The notes under the pieces are model-generated. The model saw only the letters and a program-made list of their open reading frames with translations, did no database searches and was not told the DNA's origin. The translations under genes and the position numbers were made by a program. Positions 33,326 through 45,865 of a stretch of 64,000 nucleotides of DNA are shown piece by piece; within the stretch, counting starts at the first letter, position 1, and every line of letters starts with the position of its first letter. Source of the stretch: Tricharina praecox (taxonomy: Eukaryota); NCBI RefSeq assembly GCF_024521635.1, contig NW_026250432.1, positions 62,001 through 126,000 on the forward strand, in the 5' to 3' direction.

Positions 33326-34048
33326 ATGCAGTTCCTCACGACGCTCCTCAGCACGCTCACTTTTGCCTCAGTAGCAAGCGCACACTACGCGTTGACATAC
33401 CCGGCGTGGCGCGGCGACTCCTTCGCCACGCAATGGAACTACCCGTGCGGCGGCGTTAACACGACGTCGACGAGCAACCGCACGCTGTGGCCGCTCGACG
33501 GCGGCGCCGTCGCGTTCAAGCCCGGCCATCCGTGGGCTCAGACTTACATCAACCTCGGCCTGGGCAATAACGTCACCCGATTCAATATCACACTCGCTGC
33601 GCCGTTCAATCAGACCTCGAACGGAACGTTCTGCTTTCCAGATATGCGCCTGCCTGAGGGTGTCAATGTCCAGGAGGGCGATATTGGGAGTATCCAGGTC
33701 GTCCAGTTGACTACCAGCGGTGGCGCACTATATAATGTTTGTTCTTCTTTCTTCCTCCCACCACCCCCCTCCACCCCCCCTCGCGATGTGTGGCGGTGAC
33801 TGATGCCAAAACAGTGCGCGGACATCACCTTCTCGAAGAACGCCACCGACCCGAGCACGGACGTGTGCTTCAACTCCACGGGGGTGGGTGCATCAGTGCT
33901 GGATTATGATGGCGCGGCGGCCGCGGCTGCATCGGGTTCGGGAGCCGCGAACTCTACTTCCGCAGCGACGCAGGTGGTCGGTGTGGCGTATGGCGCGGGA
34001 AGTGTCGTCCTTGTTGCCGCCGCGGCGGTGGCGGTGTTGATGGTGTAA
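33326..34048 (+). CDS. Secreted GPI-anchored BIM1/X325-like copper-binding protein
   Basis: Signal peptide ending ASA followed directly by His (HYALTYPAWRG); PCGG, GHP, GTFC and ALYN-CADITF motifs (intron ~3737-33813 region); Ser/Ala-rich linker and hydrophobic GPI-type tail. Confidence 0.75.
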
Positions 34049-35369
34049 TCGGGATGTTAGTAGGAAGTAGTGGAGGATTATACTTGGGCTGGGATGTAGA
34101 TATTGTGAATGGGATGGAGGATGGGATGGTTGGGATGGTTGGATGGGTGCGTGTTTACTTGAGAAACCTACCTAGTAATTTGGAATGGATTGAATGAAGC
34201 TTGATGAACAGAGTGCTGTGGGTGCGTTTGAGACGAAATTCTGCTCGGAGGAGACAAGAGCCGGAGATGTGAATGGGCCGAACTTGGAGGTCTACTTTCT
34301 ATGCTTTAGCGGGCGGCCCAGAGTGAATGGTAGCTGCCAGAGGCATTGATCCTGTGTTTTCAGCCCTCGGCCCATAGCCCTTCACATTGGATCACTGGAA
34401 TATGTTTCGTGCATCAAGCCCTGCAAGAGCACATTCACTCAGCAATACCCGATGATCAAAAAAAAAAAAAAAAAAAAACATTCACTCTGCGGACCATACC
34501 CTTTCCAAGTCTTACTGCTACTCGGAGGTATTTCAGCTCTGCAGAAACGGGATTCTACAGGAGCTGGCCCGACACACGGCGGCCACGCATATGCTCACCG
34601 GCTCGCCTTGACACCGGCACAACCCACTACTGTCAATTATGTTGGGGATCATCCGAACACATGGGTGTTGGTGGTATGATGTGCTCCCCGCAATGATTGA
34701 GACCTGCAGCGGCACTACGGCACTACGGCAGAGTATGTACTCGATACTCGATGCATGAAGTCAAGGTACTTTACCAGTACCACGAAACCCCCTCAAAAAC
34801 CCCGGACAGTTTATGGCCGCTGCATCGCTTGTTTCCCGTTCCCGTTCCAGCATCCTCACCACGTCAACTTAGACACGAACAGCACTGCAAGCCCCATTCA
34901 ATCGGGGAGCGTGTCAGTGGGCGGTGGCTCTTAAATCCACAACCCCTAACAGCAGATGACAGCATTGAGATATGGCACGTACGTCAAGCCAACTGACTGG
35001 GTGGATTGGGGGGAATTAGGACGTCGATGTATCAGGCCCGGCTAACGTTGCGAGCTCGCGGGATTCTGCAGACTACTATATACCCAAGTACGTAAAGGCC
35101 TGCACAATGTACATACTTGTTATGCCGGGGTATGGGGTTGCGTAGGTAGATGGCTACATGGTATCTCACTCATGGGAAACGAAAAGTACCTGCTTCGATC
35201 CGCCTTTACTCCCGCCTCATCGGTGGCTTGCGAAGCGGTGAGCAATGTTCCCGTAGACTAGATTATATATCTCGCCCACATGTGCCGTTCAGGCTTCCAT
35301 CTCTCTATTCCCAAAGACCTAGACGGCTTCCATGTTGCGGATATCCACCAACGCTACCACATTCCGGTA

Positions 35370-35604
35370 TCCCCTTGTGTGGCATTCCAGGGTGGGGTAC
35401 TACGTGCGGTGCATTAGCGTGGATAGTTCAGGCCAGTAGCAGTATAGTTCGCTGCCAAAATACAGTATACTACTACGGGTCCTGAATTCAATACACTGTA
35501 CTACTCACTATGCTACTACTGGCCTGAATTGTCCACGCTGATGCATAGTACACACGCTAATGCACTGTATGTAGTACCCCACCCCGGAACACCACCCAAG
35601 GGGA
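35370..35604. mobile_element. Foldback/MITE-like element with long imperfect inverted repeats, flanked by TA
   Basis: TCCCCTTGTGTGGCATTCCAGGGTGGGGTACTACGTGCGGTGCATTAGCGTG pairs with CACGCTAATGCACTGTATGTAGTACCCCACCCCGGAACACCACCCAAGGGGA; inner arms TTCAGGCCAGTAG / CTACTGGCCTGAA. Confidence 0.65.
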
Positions 35605-35918
35605 TAAAGAAGTGCTGCGGTCAACTCTATCCAGGAGCGTTGTCCGCCCAGGAGATAGGGATTGTGCGAGCCGCGGCCAACTTATGGCCGAGTCCATATC
35701 TCCTGTGGTGAGGATGCACTACTAGCACTCTAACCTTCAATCCCTTGAAAAAGGTAAAAGGAAGCCATCATATGTACAAGCTAACGATCTTGTTGTGCCC
35801 AAGACTGGCTATGTAGATATATTGGGATGCGTGACCCAAAAACAACCAGCAACACCATTGCCGTTTCCATACTTGCACAACTGCATGACGAACACAACGT
35901 CTACAGTATGTCTTCTTA

Positions 35919-36435
35919 GGACCCATTTGGATGGCCCCAGTTTTAGCAAAAACTGTCAGTTTTTTCTCGAGAAACTGAGCAAAGAAAACTGGAACCCTGT
36001 TTGGATGGCACAAAAACTGAGAAGAAAAAAACTGAAACTGTGAGGCTCCGGCGATGAAACGGGCTGTCTACTCACACGGCCGGAAAGACTTATCTCCCCC
36101 CTGTTATATCTGTGGCTGAGGATGTTCAATTACTACGGTGAGCCAATCACCGCCACAGATTTGACAGCGGGATAAGTCTTTCCGGCCGTGTGAGTACAAT
36201 GTGTCTACATACTATTATATTTCTGGTGAAGCCTATTACCTAGGTAGGTATTCAGACTTATGGTTGCGTATGGTACTGACTCCTGAGAACTGCCAAACAC
36301 TCTGTTCACCTCAAGGTTTTCCGGAAACTGAAACTGAACAGTATATGTATACTAAGTACTCTATTCGGTGTCTAGGCGGGAACTGAATTTGGCTCTAAAA
36401 CTGGAACTGAAAAGTGAATGCATCCAAACGGGCCC
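35919..36435. mobile_element. PIF/Harbinger-type MITE, copy B (contains a nested insertion)
   Basis: TTA-GGACCCATTTGGATGG ... CATCCAAACGGGCCC-TTA; interior is clearly homologous to 15050-15463. Confidence 0.85.
36071..36194. mobile_element. 124-bp Tc1/mariner-type (TA TSD) MITE nested in Harbinger MITE copy B
   Basis: Perfect 24-bp TIRs CTCACACGGCCGGAAAGACTTATC / GATAAGTCTTTCCGGCCGTGTGAG with TA on both sides; absent from copy A. Confidence 0.82.
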
Positions 36436-37131
36436 TTAGGTCTGGTCGATATTTGTGAGAATAGCGAAACACTTTGGGTCCAGGACACATACTTTGGAAT
36501 TAGGTATCTCGTGATATCAGTTGGCTTGCTTGGTTAGGTGGAAGGAACGGCCTTGCATTTCAGAACATCACCCAATATGTACATTTTTATTCTTCACCAT
36601 CCCTATTCCCAACATCTCAGTTGTGTCGGTGCGAGTGATGCCACATGAAACGTTAAGCCGCTTCGATGGTTGGGGATCGTCGCGTTCGCACTGCCGGATT
36701 GGTTACTACTTGGCATAGTTCACAACTCTCAACTCTCAACATATTGCCACCTAATCCTCAAAAGTTCCACCGGGAATCTTATGGAATAGTCAAGCTGGCA
36801 CGCATATCCAAGAAATACAACACGTTTAGCTCACTACCTGATTTCTTTTCTGTTGTGAGAGTTTTCGTAGAACCTGGCGAAGTCATTCTGTCCTTCCCTG
36901 CCGCGATCTGCCTAGCGCTGGCAGTTATCTGGTCCGAGGACTACCTGCATGCTCCCTCTCTTTCCGGCTTCCTTTCCCTTTCTTCTTCTCTTCTTGCACA
37001 GCTCAGCTCATCTCCTCAACCACCACACTCATCTGACCACGCCTCCTCAAAGAAAGGGACCACAGTCATTGTCCGAGCAGACACCCCCTCCGCCGTTCTA
37101 ATTCCAACACCCCCCACAAGCAAGCTCTGTC

Positions 37132-38238
37132 ATGCGAATACATGTTCCCGCACAGCACATCCGGCTCTCACGACTAATCCCCACCGGCGGCGCCTTCCGC
37201 CGAGCAAACTCCACCTCCTCGGCAGTCACCAAATCTGCGGCCTGCAAATCCGCGTCACCAGCAACCCATCACTTCGTGCCCTCGTACTCCCTCTTCGCCA
37301 AGCGTCCACCACGCCCGTTTCCACCGCCGTTTCACTCCCCGCCCGCCAGTTCCTTCTCCGACCCCCTTACCACATCCACCCACAACCCCCGAATAGCCAT
37401 CGAGCGTCCGGAAGGCGCCGCATTCCTCAACGGCGTGACCAATGGCGACGACGCGGTGCTCACCAATGCCAACTACCTCGCGGTGGCCGACGGCGTAGGC
37501 GCCTGGAACACCAAGTCCCACGGCCACGCGGCGCTGTGGTCACGCCTCATGCTACACTACTGGAGCCGCGAGCTCGCAGCGGGGAAATATGGCTATCGCC
37601 GGCAGGATGCCGACGGCGGCGTCGACCCGGTGCTGTGTCTCCAGGAAGCATACCAGGAAACTTTACTCGCAACCACTAGTGCCGGTGCGCGTCGAGACCA
37701 GGTGTGGCAGGGCACCACCACCATGTGTGGCGCAGTGTTGAAGGGGAGCAAACTCCTCGTTCTCAACCTCGGGGACTCGGTCGGGTTCGTGTACCGCCCT
37801 GGCCGCCGCAAGTGGGCGCTCCGCACCAAGGAGCAATGGCATTGGTTCGATTGTCCGCGGCAGCTGGGGACAAACTCGCCCGATACCCCGGTGAATAATT
37901 GCGTTGTGCAGGAGCTGGAGGTGCAGGACGGAGATCTGGTGGTGTTGGCTACGGATGGTTTGGTGGATAATATGTGGGATGAGGAGATCCTGACGGTTAT
38001 TGGCGCTGTGCTCGAGGCCACGGACGAGGTCGTGGAGAGCGAAACGGGCGAGAAAGGGGATTGTGGACGGATGAAGCTCGTGGCGCAGCGGCTCGTCGAA
38101 GGGGCGAAGAAAACGGCGATTGATCCGTTCGCGGAGAGTCCGTACATGGAGAGGAGTATCGAGGAAGGCCTGGGAATCGAGGGTGGCAAGTGGGATGACA
38201 TATCCGTTGCGGCTGCGATATGCAGGCCCAACTCATAA
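37132..38238 (+). CDS. PTC7: PP2C-family protein phosphatase, PTC7-like (probably mitochondrial)
   Basis: Motifs NGDDA, AVADGVGAW, GTTT, NLGDS, QWHWFDCPRQLG, LATDGLVDN, GGKWDDISV. Confidence 0.85.
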   Translation: MRIHVPAQHIRLSRLIPTGGAFRRANSTSSAVTKSAACKSASPATHHFVPSYSLFAKRPPRPFPPPFHSPPASSFSDPLTTSTHNPRIAIERPEGAAFLNGVTNGDDAVLTNANYLAVADGVGAWNTKSHGHAALWSRLMLHYWSRELAAGKYGYRRQDADGGVDPVLCLQEAYQETLLATTSAGARRDQVWQGTTTMCGAVLKGSKLLVLNLGDSVGFVYRPGRRKWALRTKEQWHWFDCPRQLGTNSPDTPVNNCVVQELEVQDGDLVVLATDGLVDNMWDEEILTVIGAVLEATDEVVESETGEKGDCGRMKLVAQRLVEGAKKTAIDPFAESPYMERSIEEGLGIEGGKWDDISVAAAICRPNS

Positions 38239-38747
38239 CGGGGTTTAGCGGAACGACTCGATGGATGTATGATAGATACCAGGGAGCGGCTTCTTTGTTT
38301 TTTTGTTGCTTCTTTTCTTTTTGGATTCTTGTTTGATCATTGATGGAAGGGGGATTCCTTAACCACTGGCGGGGTGTGCTTTACAGGCGTTTTGGGAGCG
38401 TGATATATCATGACCTGTTTAGTGTAATGTTGCAGTGTATTTACTTTTACCAGACGATAATGATGGCGGCAATGGGAGAGGGACGTGTTTGTGAAGAATA
38501 GAGAACGGTTGGATACGTGTTTCGTGGGAGAAAGACCGTCATCGTATAAAACCAGAAGCCGGAGAAGCGCCTTATTTTACAACCCATCCCATGATGCCAG
38601 ACCAGACCAGACAAACAACAGCAACGAGAACAACCACAATAAAAACAATATCAAAGGGATAAACCGGAAAATCAGAGAAGTGAAGTCAGAACAAACGGCA
38701 GCGAACAGCACATAACAAAAGAACCTTGACCGGGACCTATCGTATCA

Positions 38748-39454
38748 TCATTGCTTCACCACCCTCCTCTTCCTGACCTTCTCTCCGACGCCATCCGAAT
38801 CATTGGCATTGTCGTCCGATGTAAACTCCTCCTCTTCACCCATCAACTCGCGGCTAGAGCGCTCCCGCTTCTCGTTCCACCACTTACGCTCCGCCTCGGC
38901 CTCGGTAGCGACCTTCTCTGCGCGTTCCTTAATGCGGTCGTGGTTCACCATCTCGTTCGCCGTTTGGAAGATCAGCTGGCCCCAGCCCTCCTTGTAGGCG
39001 TTGGCTTCCATGACAACATCTCTCAGCTCCTACACACGACAATAGTCAGCACTCTGCCGGTCACAAGGGAGAGTAGCGACTCGGACAAACGAACCTCCTC
39101 CATTTCACTCTCGGCCCTCGAAAACCTCGTCCACAGATCGTCACCGACGCAGCCCTTCTGTAGCAACCCCTGCAGCGAACCCTTGCTCGTGCGCAGGACC
39201 ATGAGACGGCGGATATCCTCCTTCGCGCGGAGCATCAACGCGGCCTTGAGGAGCGTATCGGGCACGCTGGACTCCTCGTCCTGGTGCAGCAGGGACAGGT
39301 ACACATCGCGTGCGGTGTGCGGCGGAAACCAGGGCTCGAGCGACGCGGCTTTGGCGTTCTTGCGTTTGCGGTAGAGCGAGGAGAAGGCGATCAGTGAGCC
39401 GAGGAGCACGGCAATGTAGCTTACGGGGGCGATTAGGGAGATTAGGTTGACCAT
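38748..39454 (-). CDS. SEC66: Sec62/63 complex subunit Sec66/Sec71 (one intron)
   Basis: N-terminal TM (YIAVLLGSLIAFSSLYRKRK), LEPWFPPHTARDVYLSL, LLKAALMLRA, VVMEANAYKEGWGQLIFQTANE. Confidence 0.88.
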
Positions 39455-40082
39455 TTTGAACAGGCGGCAGCAGCAGCGACGTGTTTTGTTTGTTTATGTA
39501 TGTGTTTTGGTTTTGTTTGGTGGTGGTGGTTGATTGTTGAGGTTGGTAAAAGAGCGTGGGGTCGTGGTCGTGAGGGTGGTGTTGGAGTTCAGTTGAAGAC
39601 AAATGTCCTCTACACCTTTACTCACCTCTCTCGGGACTCTAGCACTGTGTTCATTGCTCACCCCTGATCCGGCTGTGGCGTGTGGCGCTGAACCGAACTT
39701 TGAAGGTCACACAAGCTCCGCCATAACTAGAATAGAAGAGCCATCATCATCAGCCACAGCCAGTTACGTCAAAGCCGCCGTTTGCAGCGCTGCACGCACA
39801 GGCAGAGAAGAGATGCAAGCATCCACACGAACCCGAGAGTAACTCCTAGATACATCCATTACTCCTCCCGTACCCAACGTTTCCCACCGCCCCTCCATCC
39901 TAATCACAAATACCCCATCTCATTCTGCAGCTTCTCATCCGACCCACACCAGCAGAGAATACCGGTAGCTTCCTAGCAAACACACATCCCCGCGTCAACT
40001 CCTCACTGCTACCACCGTACGAACGACGTTTCTAGCCATCTCATCTTCAACGGCAACCCTAGCTACGTCCATCTCCAGCAAT

Positions 40083-42246
40083 ATGATTCTCCGCTTCCGC
40101 TCGCCAGACGGATCGTACCGTGTTGATGTGCAACCTGGAGACACCGTGACTTCCCTCAGAGCAAAGGTAGCACCAGCACCACATCGGACAGCTGAAAACA
40201 AGCTAAAACAGGATTCGATAGCTACTGGAGCAAGTGCCGAAAGACGCCGACCCGAAGAGTTTCATTCTCTCCGACAAGCCCGCGAACGGCCAGACCAGAC
40301 CACTTGCGGACATCTTGACCCACTCGATTCAGTCTTTGGGTTTGAAGTAAGAGCGGGCGGAACGAAACTACTTGCTTCTGAACTGGACTGACGGATGGGT
40401 GGCAATGATTATAGACACGGTGATCTGCTGTACCTCAGCTACACCCGTGGAACGGCAGCAGCAGCGCCGACGAAAGCTCCTACGTCCACAGCTACTAGTA
40501 TACGACTAAACGGTCAGCCCATCAAGCCCTCGGAAGATGTCTCGCATAAGTACACCACTACCACGGCCGGTCTCGCCGAACACGACATCGAGAGATCATC
40601 GGACCCGTGGGAGAGCGTGGTTCAGGACCCGATAGATGAGGAGCTGGAGAAACTGGAGGGCAAGATCCCGCGCACGCGCGATCAGAAGATGTGCAAGCAT
40701 GGACCGAAGGGAATGTGCGACTACTGCATGCCAATGGAGCCCTACGACGCGGCATACTTGGCCGAGAAGAAGATCAAGCACCTTAGTTTCCACGCATACC
40801 TCCGGAAGAGTAACATTGCTACCAACCGGCCCGAGCTGAAGAGTTCGTATATGCCTCCGCTTTCGGAGCCGAATTACACCATTCGCAAGAACTGTCCCTC
40901 CGGACATGCGCCCTGGCCCGAGGGAATTTGCTCGAAATGCCAGCCGTCCGCCATCACGCTGCAGCCACAGACTTTCAGAATGGTGGACCATGTGGAGTTC
41001 AGTGACCCCTCGCTGATCGATACCTTCATTAATTTCTGGCGCCGAAGTGGTTGTCAGCGGATCGGTTACCTGTATGGAAGATACGCGCCCTACCCCGAGA
41101 TTCCGCTAGGCATCAAGGCTATCATCGAGGCGATCTACGAGCCTCCGCAGATCAGTGAGCCCGATGGCGTGACGCTTTCGTCGCCATGGGAGGCCGAGGC
41201 GGAAGTGGACGCGGTTGCAGCGTTGTGTGGTCTCCGCAAGGTCGGTGTTATCTTCACCGACCTGCTGGACGACACTACGGGTAGTGGTACGGTCGTCTGC
41301 AAACGTCATATCGACTCCTACTATCTTTCGTCGCTCGAGATCGTCTTCGCTGCCCAGCTGCAGGCGCGGCACCCCAACCCGAGTAAGTGGTCGGAAACTG
41401 GCCGCTTCGGCTCGAAGTTCGTCACCTGCGTCGTGTCCGGAAATGAGGATGGTGGAATCGATGTAGCCGCTTATCAAGTGTCCAACTCCGCCGTCGAGAT
41501 GGTTCGCGCGGACATCATCGAGCCCTGTGCGGAGCCGGGCAAGATGTTGGTGCGTGAAGAGGACGGAAAGTCGCGATACGTACCGGAAGTGTTTTTCAGA
41601 CACAAGAACGAGTACGGCGTTAACGTGCAAGAAAACGCGAAGCCGGCGTTCCCAGTTGAATACCTGCTCGTCACCCTGACACACGGATTCCCGACCAGCG
41701 CAAACCCCATGTTTAAAGCGCCCAGCAAGTTCCCGGTCGAGAACAGGGAGGTCATCGGTGTCGCTCAAGACCACAGGGCGGTCGCTAAGCAACTAGGCGT
41801 TGACAATGGAAAGCCCGAGGGGGGCCTCGCTGCCTTGTCCGACTTTCATCTGCTCGCTTTCCTCAAGAACTGGGGCATTCTTGAAAAGGTGAGATCTCCA
41901 CGCCTCATCCTCTCCCCTCCAATTGTATTGTCATAATACTAACAATGCACGACTTGCTCTACTCAAGCGAGAGGAAGAGTTACTGGCGCAGGCTGCGACC
42001 ACGATCGATGTGCAGCTTGGTCACAAGTTGTCGCAGTCCCCTGGATGGCAGACACTAATGACCATCTTGAAGGAGAGCGGTGCGTCACCTTCCTCATCCT
42101 CATCCAATTCCTCCAAGCGGCCGGCGAGCGGTGGTAGCAACAGTGCCGCCGCCGAAGAGAGAGATGTCACCGGCAGTAGTGATGAGCGCCTAACTAAACG
42201 ATTACGCGGTGTTAGTTTGAAGGATAAGTTTAACATCGTTCGGTAA
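40083..42246 (+). CDS. NPL4: Nuclear protein localization protein 4 (Cdc48-Ufd1-Npl4 cofactor), multi-exon
   Basis: UBL start [10 protein letters not shown]; zinc fingers [12 protein letters not shown] and [48 protein letters not shown]. Confidence 0.95.
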
Positions 42247-42565
42247 CCGATCATTCGTTCGTTTCGAGTGCTCTTAATTTCGAGGGTGCGGGCTTGGAGG
42301 TGGAATTGCAATGCGTGCTTGGAAGGACTTCCCGGGGTCTGTCATCTTTGAGTTGTTTCGCATGCAGTCTCCGAACGAGAATGGAAACTTTTATTGCGAG
42401 TCGGCCTAAAGTCCCGAGTGATTTCAAGCGATACGTTACAATCGGTTACCCTCTGCTTCACTAAAATAATCTTTCACGTGCACGGCTTTAGCGACTGTAA
42501 CACCAATAAAATATCCCACCGTGAAGCCTGGACAATCTACAACCACTTCACCACACCGTCGCAAA

Positions 42566-43341
42566 ATGTCCACAACCACAACGACGACGACAATGGAGCA
42601 CTCGCCGCTGATAAAGCAGCTGGCGGCCAACGGTGCGCCTTCCCCGCGCTCCCCCTCTCCCTCACCCCACTAACCCACATAGACCGGCCCACCCGCGACA
42701 AAGCCGTCGACGCCCTCAAAACCTACCTCTCGAGTTCGACACGAGTATTCACGTACCACGAGATGCTACAGCTATGGCGGGGTCTCTTCTTCTGCTACTG
42801 GCACTCCGACCGCCCTTTGACTCAGCAAGCACTGGCCACAGTGCTATCATCGTTCCCCGCGTCCATGTCGGCACAGAACGCACCAACATTCCTCCGCGCA
42901 TTCTGGTCGACTATGGTAAAGCAGTACCCGCTGCTCGACGCCCTGCGCGCTGATAAGTTCCTGCTGCTGATGCGACGGTTTGTCGCCGCCGGGTTTCGCG
43001 TTGCGCTGGAGGACGCGGTCGCCGTGCTCGAGCGCACCGTGCTGGGCGTTAGTGGTGGCGTGCGTATGCAGGTTGCCGATGTGTGGTGGGATGAGGCGGA
43101 GAGGGTTTGGGGTAAGGAGGAGGTTGGGGAGGCGGAGGGGAGGATACAGACGTTGGTTGCCCCGTGGGAGAAAGCGTCGCGCGGAGGAACGGATAAGCGC
43201 TGGAGGAAGACGGCGAGGGAGCTGCTGGGCGATGAGAGAGCGGCACGGTGGGGGTATGATGGGGAGTGGGCGGCGAAGAAACCAGAGGAGAATGGAGAGG
43301 ATGGGCAGGAGGAGGAGGCGTGGGGTGGCATTGATGGGTAG
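42566..43341 (+). CDS. RRP1: Nucleolar rRNA-processing protein Rrp1/Nop52 (one intron)
   Basis: PLIKQLAAN|DRPTRDKAV, LWRGLFFCYWHSDRPLTQQAL, LDALRADKFLLLMRRFV. Confidence 0.85.
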
Positions 43342-43653
43342 CCATGGGGACGAGGAGGTGGTGTACGATAATCCGTGGGTTTGTTTTTCTCAAAAGTTCA
43401 GCGACCAATGGCGTCTTTACTTCCGTTGATACATACAATTTTCTTTTTTGCAAGAGTGGGGTGTGTGTGAATGCAAAGTACGTACATAAAAATATGTATA
43501 CGAAGGCAAAAGGGTCCGAATACATATTATGCCCAGAATGGAAACGCAGAAAGTTCACCAGAAGAAGAGCGAAAAACAATACAACCCAAACAAAGCAGAT
43601 GATATCCAAGGAAATGACCAGACAGACAGGAATGAAAACAACAGAACAATGCG

Positions 43654-45380
43654 CTACGAACGATGCACGAGCTGCGACAGTCTCCGTTTAAGCAAATCCT
43701 TGCCAGCCTGTTCCTTCCAGACCTCATGGTCAGCCCCGTTAACCACATCCCACGCGACCAACTTCCCACGCTCGCCCAAGGCCTTTTGCCCATTAAACCA
43801 CGACTTGCTCCTCTTCACCTTCTTCCCGCTGCTAACAACGACAACCCGCATATCATCGGGCATGATCGCATTCGCAGCACCAAGCTCATTAGCCGTGAAA
43901 GTAGTTGCCACCAAATTCTCTTGCAGCTCCGCCTTGATCTGTCCGCCGTTCTGCCATGCGTCACGGCCGTACACGCGGTCCGCACGGCTGTGTTGCAGCA
44001 GGATAGCGGAGACGAAGCGGTCTAGGCCCAGGGGGTAGATCCAACCTCGTACCCACAGCAGGAATCCGCGGGTCGGGGAGCCGATACGGCCCAGGTAGGT
44101 GTCCGGGGTGGTGTCGATCAGGAGCATGCCGTGTACTTCGGCGGTGTGGCGGGATGCAAAAACGCGGGAGTAGATTCCGCCCACGCCGTGGGAAACGAGG
44201 ATGTAAGGTCCCGTCTCGTCGGCCTTGCGGAGGGCTTCGGAGAGGGCATCGACGGCCATACCAGCGGAGAGGGGGGAAGGAGCATTCTCGCTCCACGCGT
44301 AACCGGGACGGTCCCAGTAGCAGTAGCGCTGGATGTCTCCGTCGGCCAGGGTCTCCGCCACCCAGGACTCGAGACGTCCCTCGACAGACTCCTCGCCGCC
44401 CTCAAGGAAGATGGTTGGGTGGCTGGCGTTTTTGTCACCGACGCAGTTCAAGTGGATGTGGTATCTACCGTCGTCAACGAGGATGAGTTTGCCGGGAGCG
44501 GGAAGGGTGGCGTCGCGGGCACGGATGGAAAGGTTAATGGTGAAGAGGATGCTGATGGCTAGGAAGATGGTCAACAGGACCGTGCCAGCAAAGACACTGC
44601 ACCATTCGCTGAGGGTGTAGCGGGTCTCCCTGCGGCCAGTCAAGCGGACTTCTTCCTCGCGTTTGCCGTACTCGACTACTCGGTCGCACATGATCTACCC
44701 AGCACATATCAGCTACCTTTCCTCTCGAACACAAACGGAGAAGGGCACATACAGCCCAAGCACTAATCACCAACGCCCAAACCACGGAAACTATTCCAAT
44801 CCAATTCTCATCATGGCGGATAGGGTAGGCAGCCAGAATGATGATTGTATCGACGAACAGGAAGAAGAACACCAGTCCGAGAACGATTCTCTCGGTCTTT
44901 GACGGCGTGGAGTAGAAGAGCAGGAGCACCAGCAGAATTCCGGTGGCAAGTGTCGAGTACGCAAAGGCGAACCAACCACCGCCTCGAGTGTCTATCCATC
45001 CCCCACGGTCAGCGCGTAATCCCCCTAAACCCAGCACCACGAGCAGACTGGAACGTACGCAATCCAGGCGGCGTAATAAACGTCGACACGAGAAGCACCA
45101 GCCACCAAACGAAGGCCACAATCAAGAGGAAGATCGAAGCCCATCTGAGAGACCTCACGGAGAGGAGGTTGTATGGCGAAACCGCTGGATCGTCGGGGTT
45201 GAGATGGCGATGCGGTGGAAGAAGCGATGTACGTTCGTCCGCCGGACCCAGTCGTCGCCCATGTGCATCTGGCGAGACGGAGCGAGGGCGGGAGTGGGAG
45301 CGTGAGCCGTTGCTGTTGCCGTTCTCCCGCTCGCGATGTTGTTCTTCCTCGCCAGGACTGGCTCCCCAGAGTTTACCCAT
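43654..45380 (-). CDS. Multi-TM membrane protein with C-terminal alpha/beta-hydrolase domain (conserved in fungi)
   Basis: LNPDDPAVSPYNL motif, several hydrophobic helices, GRRETRYTLSEW, YCYWDRPGYAWSENAPSP, LVSHGVGGIYSRVFA. Confidence 0.78.
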
Positions 45381-45865
45381 TCTTATTGGTAAGTAAAATA
45401 GGTCGAGTAAATTAGGAAGGTAGATGGGTGTAGGGTTTCGAAATTGAAAGAAAAGAAGATCTCTCTCTCGTAGAAGAGTCGGATTACTCTAAGTACTCAG
45501 TGTTCGGGCTATGAGAAGCCGTCATGGGCCAATTGAAAGCAGGACGGCGGGGAGGGCGAAATGGTGGTGACCAGTGAATGACATCACCATCTGCGCATCC
45601 GGTTTGTCTGATCCTGGTGCAGATCACCAGCCGCCAGCGGTTATCACTGGGAGTTTCTCCCGGGCGTGCATCACCACGAAACACCAGATATGTAGATTGG
45701 CCGGATTCGTCTGGCTAGGCGATTCTAGATTGCGATCTCACGGCTTGGCGCATGCTATCAAATACCCCAGAAAAGTAGTGATTTCTATTGAACTACAACA
45801 GACGCACACACGGACTCTCTAGCCAGAGTACAAACGCTCATTTTTCCACCTATAGATGTACCATC

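Noticed and set aside
36666..37679. 337-aa ORF overlapping PTC7 and other long shadow ORFs (e.g. 58275-59393, 49903-50685)
   Set aside because: They overlap well-supported genes in another frame or strand and have no recognisable motifs, as expected in GC-rich coding DNA.
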